Shown: one piece after another, positions 26,701 to 38,294 of the stretch
Numbering within the stretch: the first letter of the stretch is position 1
Layout: each line of letters starts with the position of its first letter
Source: Antedon mediterranea
Lineage: Eukaryota > Animalia > Echinodermata
Assembly: GCF_964355755.1 (NCBI RefSeq)
Contig: NC_092674.1
Location: 23,064,001 to 23,128,000, forward strand
Length of the DNA stretch: 64,000 bases
Direction of reading: 5' to 3'
Translations under genes and position numbers: made by a program
The notes under the pieces: model-generated
Seen by the model: the letters and a program-made list of their open reading frames with translations, nothing else
Database searches by the model: none
What the model was told of the DNA's origin: nothing

Positions 26701-29264
26701 GGTAGTTTGCGGTTGTACTAACCATCTCTGTCTCTTCATAATCTGTCTTTCCTTCTCGTCGTTCACGAGCCTACCAAGAAAAATATCAAAGGTCAAACCC
26801 AGTGAAGCACAAGAAAAAATGATGCAACCAACTATCATTATTTACTATTATTCTATATTTATTCAATATATTTGAAAATATGAAAAAAAAAAAAAACAAT
26901 AAAGAAAATTCATATTTACACTAGGAAAAATTATTTTAGGGCACGGCATAAAAAAAAAGAAATTATTTCACAATGCTTGGTTTGCTTTCCTCTGCCGTAA
27001 AAAAGGGCGTTATTAACTATGTGGATGCACTGTAGTTGATTATATTTTAAACCAGGATTTACCCTTCAATATACCATTCAATATAACCTTCAATATACAG
27101 TAAAAATTCAACATAACATTCAATATAACATAACATACCCTATCCCTGTATCTCTTAGCAAGTTCAGCTTCTCTCTCAGCTTCCTGCTTCTTCAACTTAG
27201 CATAGAATCTGAAAAATAAATAAATGAAAATCAAATAATGTCAATAACGTAATGTTATTCTAGTAGTAAAATAAAGAAATGATTTATTATATTTATTTCT
27301 AACATTAGAAAATAAAACAAAAAGCAACAACGAGCAAAATAGAAGGTTAAGATGTTGATACTTACATTTTTCTTTTCCTTCGCTTTGCTCGAGGATCATC
27401 ATCTTCGTTATATTCCCTGGGGACACTATGATTAAAAAAATAAGTTTTAAATTTAACAGTCAAGCCGATTTGTGAATGACTAGATATATCCCTTTTACCT
27501 TGATCTTACTTTTCCTATACTGTATGGGTAATATTTATGTGGTCTTCAAGCTTATAATTTTTTAATCCCTGATAAAAACTAGCATCTTTAGCACTTTGGT
27601 AGATATGTGCGCTTAACAAATCTTATTATATTACAATTTGTAACAGTGGTCCAACCCAATCAACAATTCTAGATACATACGATTGACCATGAGTCTACAG
27701 CTTCATTTTTAATTGAAGTGCTTTGGTTGAATCTCCTTTTATGTTGGTATTCAGACAAGGCAGTGTCAACTATGTGATTACAGTTCACTATAGTCAAAGT
27801 CGACCTTGTGTATGGGCACAGGGGGTGTGCCAACCATGTTGATAAAATACTTGATTAAATGGTGAACTGTGCCGATAGCAAAAAAAACTATATGCACAAA
27901 AGACTGTGCCTTGTATTGAACAGAAAGTAATAGCAAACCTTGTTTTGTGTTCTCGCGATTTTGAAGACGAAGATGACATTGATGATGGTGGTGCTTCACC
28001 AGGTGTAGCACGAGGAGTCATCAGCAGACGACGGAAATCATCATTTGTCATCTGAGATCCACTGAAAAATTTAAAAACAGGATTCAGTAAAGATTATGGT
28101 AAATAAATAGGTGATCGGAAAAAAACATCTATTGATTGATTGTTGACTTTTACAACAGGAAATTATGTTATTAATTTTAAAAGAATAATAATATCTACTT
28201 AATCTTATATTGCGCTTAATGCAAAAAGCCTCTTATGCTTTACATTATTATTATTATTATTATTACTTGTATAGCGCACATTTATACAACATTTAATTAT
28301 AATCAGCGGCGCTTCACATCAATTAGTATCGTAACATTGTTTGAAATATATTACATATTATTAACCCATTCATTTTTTGGATCAAACACGTCTGAAAACA
28401 TACTGTTAAGCCTTGTCTACACTATCAAACTTTATGTGACAAAAAAATGTGATGTGCGGCGCCTATATGGACATCACACTTTTTTTGTCAAACTAGTTAA
28501 TATTAATGTTAAAAATATTTTAATTTTGTTAAAGGTTCTTATTACCCTTGGTCAGTCTCCTCCATCATCCTCCGATCCATCATCGGAGGCAATGGGTTTG
28601 AAAACGGTTCCTCGCCTTCTAAATGGAAAGAAAAAAAACATTATTAAATAAATATTAACTGCAAAAATCGATGTACATCATGTATGTATTATGTAAAATG
28701 AAACCACACCACCATTTAGCTAATAATTGCTAATACAGTAATAAATTATAATAAATACAGGCCTAGGCTAAGGTTGATTTTTAGGCCTAGGCCTAGTTTC
28801 AGGGAAAAAAGAAGTTAAAATCAGACCTACTGTAGCCTTAAGCTACTAGAGGCTAGGCCTAGTAATTAATTATTATCATTTTAAAGGCCTTCTAGCTAGC
28901 CTAGTAGGCCTAGCCTAGGGCCTATTCTAGGGTCCTATTTTTTTTATAACATCACCTCACTCACTTGGTAGGCCTGGTCTACATACGCCTGTACTGTAAC
29001 AAGGCCATCTAGGGGGATAAACTAGCCTGGGATCGTATAGAGGCTAGGCCTAGTAATTAGCCTTCCAAGACTTAGCAGCTAGGCCTAGTCTTCGTCGTGA
29101 AGATTTAGCCTAGCAGCTAGATAGGCCTAGCTAGGGCCTAGGCGGTCACCTAAAGCCTAGGCCTAGGCTAACCTATTTTTTATACATCATTTTACAAGTA
29201 TTTCTTTTGCAAAAGTCTTAGAAATTATTGGAAGTTGTATCAAATGATATTTACTTTCAGGCAT
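17717..29264 (-). CDS. IK: Protein RED / IK (spliceosomal B-complex protein, SMU1 partner), 22 coding exons, ~588 aa
   Basis: Exons: 29255-29264, 28546-28618, 27939-28061, 27366-27425, 27139-27208, 26676-26770, 26093-26207, 25358-25443, 24956-25023, 24192-24355, 23478-23586, 23230-23278, 22687-22852, 22451-22537, 21862-21917, 21624-21650, 21354-21419, 20526-20592, 20074-20162, 18372-18483, 18087-18124, 17717-17753. Total 1767 nt with consistent phases. RED-family motifs: MPE..EPFSNPL, TNDDFRRLLMTPR, YRDRARERR, ESKYLGGDMEHTHLVKGLDYALLQKVR, RNELFLPGRMAY, SYAECYPG, GPLSRWDFET, KEAMPKAAFQFG. Confidence 0.95.
19124..20051 (-). mobile_element. Non-autonomous PIF/Harbinger-like DNA transposon, copy 2 (in IK intron 19)
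   Basis: Reverse complement of 3745-4669 along its whole length. Flanks are TCA/TAA. Confidence 0.8.
20754..20915. mobile_element. Palindromic ~160-bp MITE (AGCTCTGTCTACACTATCAAAC family, Harbinger-like)
   Basis: Near-perfect hairpin. Further copies at ~8739-8890, ~17140-17300, ~28409-28495 (partial), ~38163-38294 and ~63787-63885 (partial). Confidence 0.75.
21651..21861 (-). other. U12-type (minor spliceosome) AT-AC intron in IK
   Basis: 5' site ATATCCTTTT (21861-21852), branch-like TCTTTAAC (21669-21662) and terminal AC (21652-21651). Joining these sites keeps the frame: VDK-K-SDRHEDKR. Confidence 0.9.
28757..29170. promoter_or_regulatory. Dense TAGGCCTAG motif cluster in IK intron 1
   Basis: About ten AGGCCTAG/CTAGGCCT copies in ~400 bp. 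A similar triple copy sits in intron 1 of the DHHC gene (48388-48407). Any regulatory function is inferred only. Confidence 0.4.
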
Positions 29265-29392
29265 CTTGGATTGTGTTGTTCAACCAAAGTAATTAATTGC
29301 AGAAATTACACGTAAACAACAGATGAAAAAATAGTGAACGAGTTTTTTTCTTCCTTCGCGTCGTCGTCGACTTCGTCGTCGATACTATTGAG

Positions 29393-31755
29393 CAAAGATA
29401 CTATAGCGCCACGAAGTGGCGCAAGATAGGGAACTCCTATCTCTTATACACTGCGCATGAGTGAAATTCCATGGGCAGCCATTCCGGCAAGCAAGTTACG
29501 CGATCACATACCCCGGAAGTGTATAATAAACCATTGAACCACATCCACGTGTGACGTGTTATTGTTTGTTCGGGAAGTTTTCTCGTGTTGTATTGGGTAA
29601 ATTGTAGTGGTAAGTTTTTAGAATATATATTTTTTTGTTAGTAAACATTAACAAAATTATTAAATTGTTGTTTAAATTTAGTTCAGGCAGGCGTTTCTGC
29701 GCAATCCGATCTAGGGCCTAGTACTAGTAGTAGTAGGCTTGGCATATTTAATGCCGAATACTAGGCCTAGTTTAGTTAGTATGATTAATAAAAAAAAGTC
29801 TGGGAGGATGAATGATATTGATTGGCGTCTTGATGATAGATGGATCAAACAAGGCTTGGATGGATGGAAGATTAAGAAAAAAACTGAAGCTGTTCGGGAA
29901 TTAGGAATTTTTAATAAAAATGTACAAGACAATATAGCGTTTTATTAATAATAACATTAACAGAAATAATTAAATGTAATGAAATCAAAAATCGTGAGGA
30001 TGTTGTTATTGTTGTTAATTTGTCGTTGTCTTGCTTTACATGTTTGTTTGTCTTGTTTTGTTTCTGTTTGTTTAAACTCCAATATGATTACAATTTCTTA
30101 ACTGGCTACCCGTCACAAGTTTTTTTGGAGGGAAACCTCCAAATGTTATTACTTTCTGGGTGTTGCCTCTTAATTATTTATATTTAAATTGTTATTTTGT
30201 TTACTTTGAAATGATAAGAAATAAATGTTATTATGAATGAATGAATTGTTTGTTTTTTTTATTTAATAAATTTAAATTATAAATTTGATCCTCATATTTA
30301 TTTTGTTCTTCATCTTTATTTGAAAAATATTTAGTTAATTAATGTAAACATTTTTGAATACTTACAATTATTAATAAATAGTATATTGACTTTTGTTTTG
30401 AATTTAAAAATGTATAGTATTTTAAAATACTATAATAAGTAATCAAATGATTATGTAACAGTTCGAAAAGTGACCTAATAATTTAATGATATATTTTTCC
30501 CTATTTCAGAAAGATATAAGTCTGTCATCATACTGTAAAATTGAGAAGATAGATGATTGAGTGCAAAGTGGTATTTTACACAAGAATTAAATACAAAGGC
30601 CAGAACTGATGGACAATTATATTTCAATAGTAATAATAGTTTATATTTTTGATTCTTGAAAAGGAGCAGTATCCTATGGGATTACAAATAAAATCACTAT
30701 TTTCACACACCTCATACTTTTAAGTGAAAGGAAATAACCAGAATTCAGTTATTATCAGTACTGTTGTTTAGGCCTATTGGCTTCTTTTGTAATACAAGAA
30801 ATCAAAATAATAGAATTTTCCTTGTATTTAAGAAGGCTAAAACCATACATTCGTAATTTATTTATTGAGTGTATTTAATTATTCCATCATTATTTATTAA
30901 TATTGTATAAAGTGAGATTTTTCAGTATTTTTATTGCATTTTAATCCTGTCTGTAATATTGAAAGTTGAGCTAATAAAAGTGGGTTGAAAAGAACAAATT
31001 ATGATTATGAATTTTTAAAATTAATATTTAATACTTTTACTTTTTTGAAATTAAAAAAATGTAACAATTGTTTTTGTATCTAGTAATGTTTGTACAGTAT
31101 ACTACAGTTGTGGCAGATCGTAGTAAAATTCCCCTTGCAATGAAATAACTTTGTAGGCCTGAAGCACACAAAATAGAAAGAGAGGGTCCGGACAGGGAAA
31201 AGAACATCCCCCTGCCCATTAATTTTTTTTTTTTTTAAATTAAAAAGACAGTTTTGGACAATATATTTGGCAATTATTACAATTCATCTCCAAAAAAATG
31301 CTTCTCTCGCACATAAACTAAGCCATCATCCCAGCCTAGGCCAAACGCGGCCGACCTTGGGCGTGAAGTGCGTAGCATCGCGCTGCGCCCCGCGACACTA
31401 TTTATAACTATGCCTCAACCGACTGCCTACAAAATTCGTCCTCCATACAGTCAGTGTTTATTCTGTAGCCGTTTGAGGTTGGACAGTGATATACGCATAT
31501 GTAAGTGTAATATCAAATGGAGTAAATTTATATAATCGAATTTTATATAGATGTTCTTTCATTTTGACGCGAAAGATAAAATAAAGTCGTACTGTTTATC
31601 GCGTAGATGTAAATCCTATTTGTTTTCATTGATTTGGTGGCGTGCCGCATTGCCTACTGGGTAATCCGCTTGCCGGAATGGCTGCCCATGGAATTATCAT
31701 TTTTCGAGCGTCAGTTCCATATCTTGCGCCACTACGTGGCGCTATACGATCTTTG
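29393..31755. mobile_element. Non-autonomous P-superfamily-like (or hAT) DNA transposon between the IK and SDR 5' ends
   Basis: Imperfect ~110-bp TIRs starting CAAAGAT..TATAGCGCCAC and including AATTCCATGGGCAGCCATTCCGGCAAGC. Perfect 8-bp TSD CTATTGAG at 29385-29392 and 31756-31763. No transposase ORF. Confidence 0.82.
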
Positions 31756-32184
31756 CTATTGAGGGCGCTAACACCTAAAAAGTATTTCGCCTGCTGAGAG
31801 AGGGCGTGTTAATTTATACGGTATTGAGACTTAACATGATAAAATAATATAGTTTATGTAGGCCTAGATTACATTTTATTACGTTTTTAATTACAGAAAA
31901 AATAAGTGGATATCCAAATATGTTTGGTTGTTCAATTTCAGGGATCCTAATTTAAGATTCTAAGCATAATTTAGGAAAATTAGTAATTTTTTAAACGTAA
32001 TTTTACCAAATTTAGCATAGGCCTAGTTTACATAAAAATGTAGCGGTCAGTCAAATTTTGTATAATCTAACCGAATTTTGTTATTTTTCCTTGTAGTTAG
32101 GGACTACTGAGACAACAATGCCTACTCTGCATACTTTTCGTGTAAAAATGTTGTTTAAATCGAATGGAATGTCTAGGTGCTTAA

Positions 32185-32768
32185 AGGCCAGGTGCGGGCA
32201 AAAAATGTCTATTGATCATACATTCCAATAATTATCGATCTATAGTTTCCCCTATGCTTCATATTGGGATTTTATTTGAGTTACACAAGAAAATAAGCAC
32301 TTTCTTATCAGTGGGGGGATAGTTCAAATTACACAGTAAAATCTATATTCTTTTGTACACAAATTTTGTAAATAGAGAGGCATTTTAAAATGCTATGAAA
32401 AATAAACGGTGTGGTAAAAAATGTTGAGATGACTAGACTAAATATATGTAATAAAACTTGAATTTTACATTTCTGGTTTTATTCAACTTCAGATTTTTAT
32501 TTTCATGCTATAGCAAAAATTATCCACCGTATCTCCACCATCTTTTTTTACCTTCCAGGTAGTCACCAGGGATGTTATTACATTAGGTTAAACTACCTAA
32601 CTACTGAAAAAAATCCTTCCTGGTTTTTATGGCAGAATTTTGCCAAATATTTGTATTTGAACATATTAAAGGAAATTCATGTTTTTTCGTCTTGAATTCT
32701 GTTAAAAACATTTTGATTTATGTACAATTAAGGATATTATATTTAAAATTCATGCCTGTACTTGAGCT
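32185..32768 (+). mobile_element. Non-autonomous Kolobok-like DNA transposon, copy 1
   Basis: TTAA on both flanks and AG...CT termini with imperfect TIRs (AGGCCAGGTGCGGGCA / AGCTCAAGTACAGGCA). Inverted copy at 57305-57897 and a terminal fragment at ~63895-63943. Confidence 0.72.
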
Positions 32769-33446
32769 TTAAATGATAAATTTAATTCTCGTTTATGCAT
32801 TACTACGTCATTCATTAATATTAATCAAGTATAACGGATTGTAACTAGCGTCATCACAAATTAATAGTGGGAGAGTGTATGCGTACGATGCGCAGATGAC
32901 ATGCATTCAACAACACACGCCTCCCCGAGGAAAAAGTACACACCCCATTCAACAACTTTTTCACTCTATTTAACAACAATTTTTTTTATTAAACCTTATT
33001 TAGTGATGGTGACCCTAAACAGCATATGCCGACAATCAAGGGGCCCTCATAATCATGGACGTGTCGTCGTCCTTCTCATTCTCACTCAGCTATTTCACAA
33101 TGCCCGGCGATTATTGCTTTATTTGATAACATTTACAAATATATTGCAATATTTACTTTCATTCTGATTCATTTCCTATTCACTATATTTTTTACGCAAG
33201 GTCAAAAGTTATGTTTGCAAGATGTCTGTTTGATAAAGATATAAATCACGCCATTCTTTGCGTTTCCTTGTTAGTTGGTTTTACTGAATCTATAGGCTTA
33301 AAACGATAAGAAAATCGATAATAAAAATAGGCATAACGAACAACTAGGGTAAATTGGCCAACGTGTCAAGAGGACTTTGTAACCGTTAGCACATGTGCTC
33401 AGGAGTGCTAATTTTTAAATAGTTGTCTACTTTTTATACTTAAATT

Positions 33447-35859
33447 ATGTTTGTTTTATTTCAGTATTTAGTGACAGTACTTAGGGTTATTTTTGCTACG
33501 TGCGAAGGTATCTACGGATTCTTCAAGCCTTCGGAACGCAAAAATGTAGCGGGTGAAACCGTACTAATAACTGGAGCGGGCCAAGGAATGGGCCGTCTCT
33601 ACGCCCTACACTTTGCTAAACTTGGAGCTAAGGTTGTGCTTTGGGATATCAACAAGGAAGGCAATGAGAAAACGGAAAGTGAAGTGAAAGAGATGGGCGG
33701 TGACGCTTATGCTGTTACGGTGGATGTGCGACGAAAAGAACAAGTTTACGACGCAGCTAAAGTCGTGAAGAGTGAAGTTGGTAAAGTTGATATACTCATC
33801 AACAACGCTGGAGTTTTCTCGGGTGAATCTATCTGCAAACTAACCGATGAGCAAATCGTAAGAACCTTTGAAGTAAATACACTTTCTCATTTTTGGGTAA
33901 GTAGTTTAAATGTTTTCTTTTTAAATTTAAGAAAAGTGTAAAACGCGATACGGTGTGATTGTAACGCGTCACATTTCACTTTGTCCATCTTATCGACCGT
34001 AGGCAAATAATAGCATTGCTGTGTTAAGAAAGTTTTGTATTTACTTTTTATAGTAAATTGAATATAACCGGATTTTCCGCAGGCCTGAGCATAATTCAAA
34101 GATCCTAAGCCAGAATCCCAACAACTTTTCAAACTTTTGGCACTTCTATAATTACTGTACAAGGTAGTTTTTTAGGAGCACCTAACTTGAAACAGTAGTA
34201 TTTAACGTATTAAATAGCGCCTAGCACAAATATTTCTAAGCGTTTTACACAAAAAAGCGCTTATATAAAATACTACTAAAATTGAAGATGATACAGGGGA
34301 ACCATTTTCATTGTTCCGTTTTCCAGCACTTTAAAGCTCCCAAATGTTAGTTCTCTGTAAATGTAATTCAAAGGAACTCGAGTGAGGATCGGAATGCGTT
34401 GATGAAGTTGGCTCAATACATTTATTTTAAACTGAAACTAATTTAAAATGATAGAAACAAAATGTAAAATACATGATTTTTTTTTTCTGAATATTTCATA
34501 GACAATAAGAGCATTTCTTCCGGACATGTTGGAGGACGATTACGGACACATAGTAACAGTCTCATCATTGGCGGGGAAATTTGGAACCATCCCACGTTTA
34601 ACGGATTACTGCGCATCCAAGTACGCAGCTGTCGGATTGACGGAATGTTTAGATTGTGAACTTCGAAGTACGGGGAACACTGGAGTTAAAACTACTCTTA
34701 TATGTCCTTTCTTCATTGATACCGGTTTTATTCACGGTATCACAATCAAGTAAGCAGGTCGTAGTGTTACAAACTAAAGCTTAGTTTCCACTAGAAACGC
34801 AACACAAGGACGTAGACACGACAAAAAACGCAAGCGAGTTGACCAATGCGAATAATCCATTGCTTGTCATTGGTCAAATAACTTACGTTCTTGCGTTGCG
34901 TCTCTCTAGTAGGTACCAAACATTTTCACGGAAAGTGTCCTCTACCTAATCAACATCAATCAATACATTAAACAAAAAACAATGAGTTATGTTCCATTTA
35001 CCTAAAAGTAAATAATGCAATTACCAATCATTTCAACCAATTGAACTAACGTCGATCATTTCAACAAAATGGAACAAACATCGATCATTTCAACAAAATG
35101 GAACAAACGTCAATCCTTTTAACAAAATGGAACAAACATCAATCCTTTTAACAAAATGGAATAAACATCACTCATTTTTCAACAAAAATGGAACTAACAT
35201 TCAACAAAATGAACTAACATTCAACAAAATTGATCTATCTTTCAACAAAATGTAACAAACCTCGATCATTTCAACAAAATGGAACTAACATCGATCATTT
35301 CAACAAACATCACTCATGTCAACAAAATGGAACAAACATCACTCATGTCAACAAAATGGAACAAACATCACTCATATCAACAAAATGTCATCGATGGAAC
35401 TAATATCAACACTTTCAACAAAATGGAACTAACATCAATGCTTTCGACAACCAAATGGAACGATAATGGAGCTAATGTCAATCCTTTTTTTCCATAGACA
35501 TGGTGATGATATTCTGAAGAAAGAGGAAGTAGCCAATCTTGTGGTCGACGCGATTCTAAGAGAAAAACGAGAATGTATGATTCCTTTTAACTGGAACCTA
35601 AAAGCAGTATTAAAAACGTAAGTGGCTTGTTGTCTCAAGTGAAATCATATGATTATCAGTAATATCATCACCGATGGAACAAAGGCGATACAACTTTAAA
35701 AATGTCTAAACTCAATTTATACATTTTGCAAAAATATATTATAATTGTATATTTATATGATTTTATTCATTTTGCAGGTTACTGCCATTCCAGGCACAGA
35801 ATGTTTTAGAGAAGTTCTTTGCCATAAACGTGCGGTCACAGTCCGCTTTCCGCCACTAA
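33447..35859 (+). CDS. Short-chain dehydrogenase/reductase, SDR16C family (epidermal retinol dehydrogenase 2 / 17-beta-HSD11-like), 4 exons, ~299 aa
   Basis: Exons 33447-33896, 34502-34749, 35498-35617, 35778-35859 (900 nt). Motifs: hydrophobic N-terminus, TGAGQGMG (TGxxxGxG), VDILINNAG, VNTLSHFW, GHIVTVSS, YCASK (YxxxK), CPFFIDTG. The start codon is less certain because an acceptor-like site lies at 33463-33464. Confidence 0.9.
34778..34920. mobile_element. MITE of the AGCTTGGTTCCCACTAG family
   Basis: Imperfect terminal inverted repeats with internal ACGCAAG/CTTGCGT and TGACCAAT/ATTGGTCA pairs. Related copies at ~8469-8609 and ~36700-36845. Confidence 0.6.
35020..35485 (+). repeat. Degenerate ~29-bp tandem repeat in SDR intron 2
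   Basis: Repeated TTCAACAAAATGGAAC(A/T)AACATCGATCAT-like units. Confidence 0.85.
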
Positions 35860-36642
35860 TTCAACACGATTTTCAGAACTCGAACGAGTAGCCGAATTGG
35901 TTCAAATTGTTCCATCGTATTTATATAATCAATTCTTTTTTGAACTAGACAAAGCTATTATGTTTTTTTTTGTAAGATTGCTTTTTATAATTTGTGTGTA
36001 TTAATGATTTTTGCCTTTGTATGTTAAAAGAAAAATTATGCAACCGACTCAGTTAAATCACGGAGATAACCTCCATGGTGAAATCATGTAGATCCTGTTT
36101 TCAATTTCCAACAACCAGGAATCGTAAGTTATGCAAAGAAGTCTCATATGTCTAACATACAGAGTAGTGGGGAGGATTTTATAACAGAAGGGTCGCGTGC
36201 TGTGACAGGGGTATACTATATAGGTTATACAAACACATATTTTGGCACTAAAGGCGTTTCATATGTATAATACTTCCAGCTTAATTAATTTGTTTCAGAC
36301 AAAAACATTTTACACCAACTGGTGGACCAATAACATTAAAAAGAGGGACAAGTCACACGAAAAAACCCTAAAAAAACTGTCCTGGTTTTAGGAAAAATAT
36401 ACTTAATATTGTATATCTAGGAATAATAAAATAAATAAAATAAATAAAAAAGAACATAAAAATTGATTACTGTACTGTTAAATATTATTATTAATATTGT
36501 TTTAGAGAATAAAGTAAAGTCAACCAATGTACGGTTGAATATAAATACACAGCATAAGTAAATGAATATCTACAAAACTATTTAGAAAAAATATATTTAC
36601 ATTCAAATAATCAATACTATAAACAAGTGATGACTACAAACA

Positions 36643-36987
36643 CAGTAGAACCTCTATTAAGGGGACACTCTCAGGACCAAACAAAGTTCCCCTTTAAACA
36701 TTGATTCCCACTAGGATGCATTGAAAGCACATAATAATATGCGTAACATAACATAATTTGACTAATCACAAGCAACAGTCTGAGTAGTCATTTGCCACTG
36801 TTGAGTATACATTCTTGTATTGTGTCCTAGTGGAAACCAAGCTTTATAGGAATGTCCTCTGAATAGGGGTGTGTTTGAATAGGGGTGTCTCTGCATAGAG
36901 GTATATTTAAATAGGCATGTTTGAATAGGGGTGTCCCAAATGAGGGGTGTCCCAAATGAGGGGTGTCCCAAATGAGGTGTTCTACTG
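36643..36987 (+). mobile_element. Complete CAGTAGAACC-family MITE with a nested second MITE (~36700-36845) and a short 15-bp tandem
   Basis: CAGTAGAACCTCTATTAAGGGGACAC ... GTGTTCTACTG followed by TA. Three copies of GGGGTGTCCCAAATGA lie near the right end. Confidence 0.72.
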
Positions 36988-38294
36988 TATTATATTAGCA
37001 GTTGATATATTATTTTAAATGGCGTTTTATATTTGACATTGGTATCAGAATTTCAGAATTGCCGAGGCCTGTAAATACCGTCGTGAGGTGGTTTCCCGAT
37101 TAATCGTACGATCAAAACGGTACTGGGTATGATCAACTAGCGTTCGTGTTCCCACCTAACCATCCATTCATAGAAGTACTGATGAAGATATCAATCTGTG
37201 GTGACAATAGAATGGACCCGAGACCTGGCTATCTTCGACTTTTACAGATTTCTTTCAAGATACCAAGATAACAGTTTGTAACAATATGTTACTTTTTGAT
37301 TTTTTTGTGTGTGAATCGGGTTAACAATTATGTGTGTTTGGAATTAGAATACACTTATAATTATACTTAAGGCCTTGATATACTTAATTTAAATTGAATA
37401 CAGTTTGTATGAAATATTATTTTTTATATCTAATAAAACAAAGACATAATTCTATCAACACCACAAAACACTCATTCTGACAGGTTAATTTTGAAAGGCC
37501 AGTAAAAAAATTACAAAAAAACCCTCGTCTATAAAACTGTTTTAAAAACTTAACAAAATAAAATTTATGTTAACTGTGATGCATTACAAGTTCATGCATA
37601 ATTGTTTAATTCTTAAAAATTAATTTCCGTATTTGACCACATTTGCATAAAAAAAGGAAGGTTCAGTATGGATATTTTATATTCAAATGAGCAGAATTTT
37701 AGTTTGCCATTTATATTATTATAATACTTTGCTACAAATTTCAGATTAATATATCTTAATTATATATAATTAATTATATAATCTGAATGTGTAAGGATTT
37801 TTTCAAATATTGACACGTAGATGATTCTAAACATGAATTCTAAATTTCTGGGTGCAAATTCACCATTCCAGAGGGATAGGATTTTTTTTTTATAAGAAAC
37901 AGCACTTTGGTTTCCATATGCACACATAGGAAATAGGACTTTTTTTTTGGAGGAAGGGGAGGGGGGGGGTTGTGTGTGTACCACCTATCCGCCTGCGTCA
38001 GCATATGGCTCTCGCCTATGTATTGGCAAGTTGCTTTGGGGAAAAGACAGCAAGGAAAATATACCTTTTACACATGCTTTCCGCAAATCAAAGCAACTAA
38101 TTCGACACATTTTAAGTTCGAATTTTTTTAAAGATAATAATAAATAATCTTTACAGTGTATGCACTATCAAAACTTTATGTGACAAAAAAATGTGATGTG
38201 CCCATATACATATATGAACATGATGATACCATACCATATTTGGGCACATCACACATTTTTTTTGTCAAACTAGTTTGATAGTGTAGACAAAGCT

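Noticed and set aside
28235-28651. 138-aa plus-strand ORF
   Set aside because: Composite of low-complexity intron, a MITE fragment and the antisense of IK exon 2.
37175-37215. Further hammerhead ribozymes at CTGATGA motifs (also ~59077, 25288, 26303)
   Set aside because: No stem II plus GAAA plus UH arrangement follows. The 37130-37200 and 59025-59100 segments are just a shared degraded repeat.
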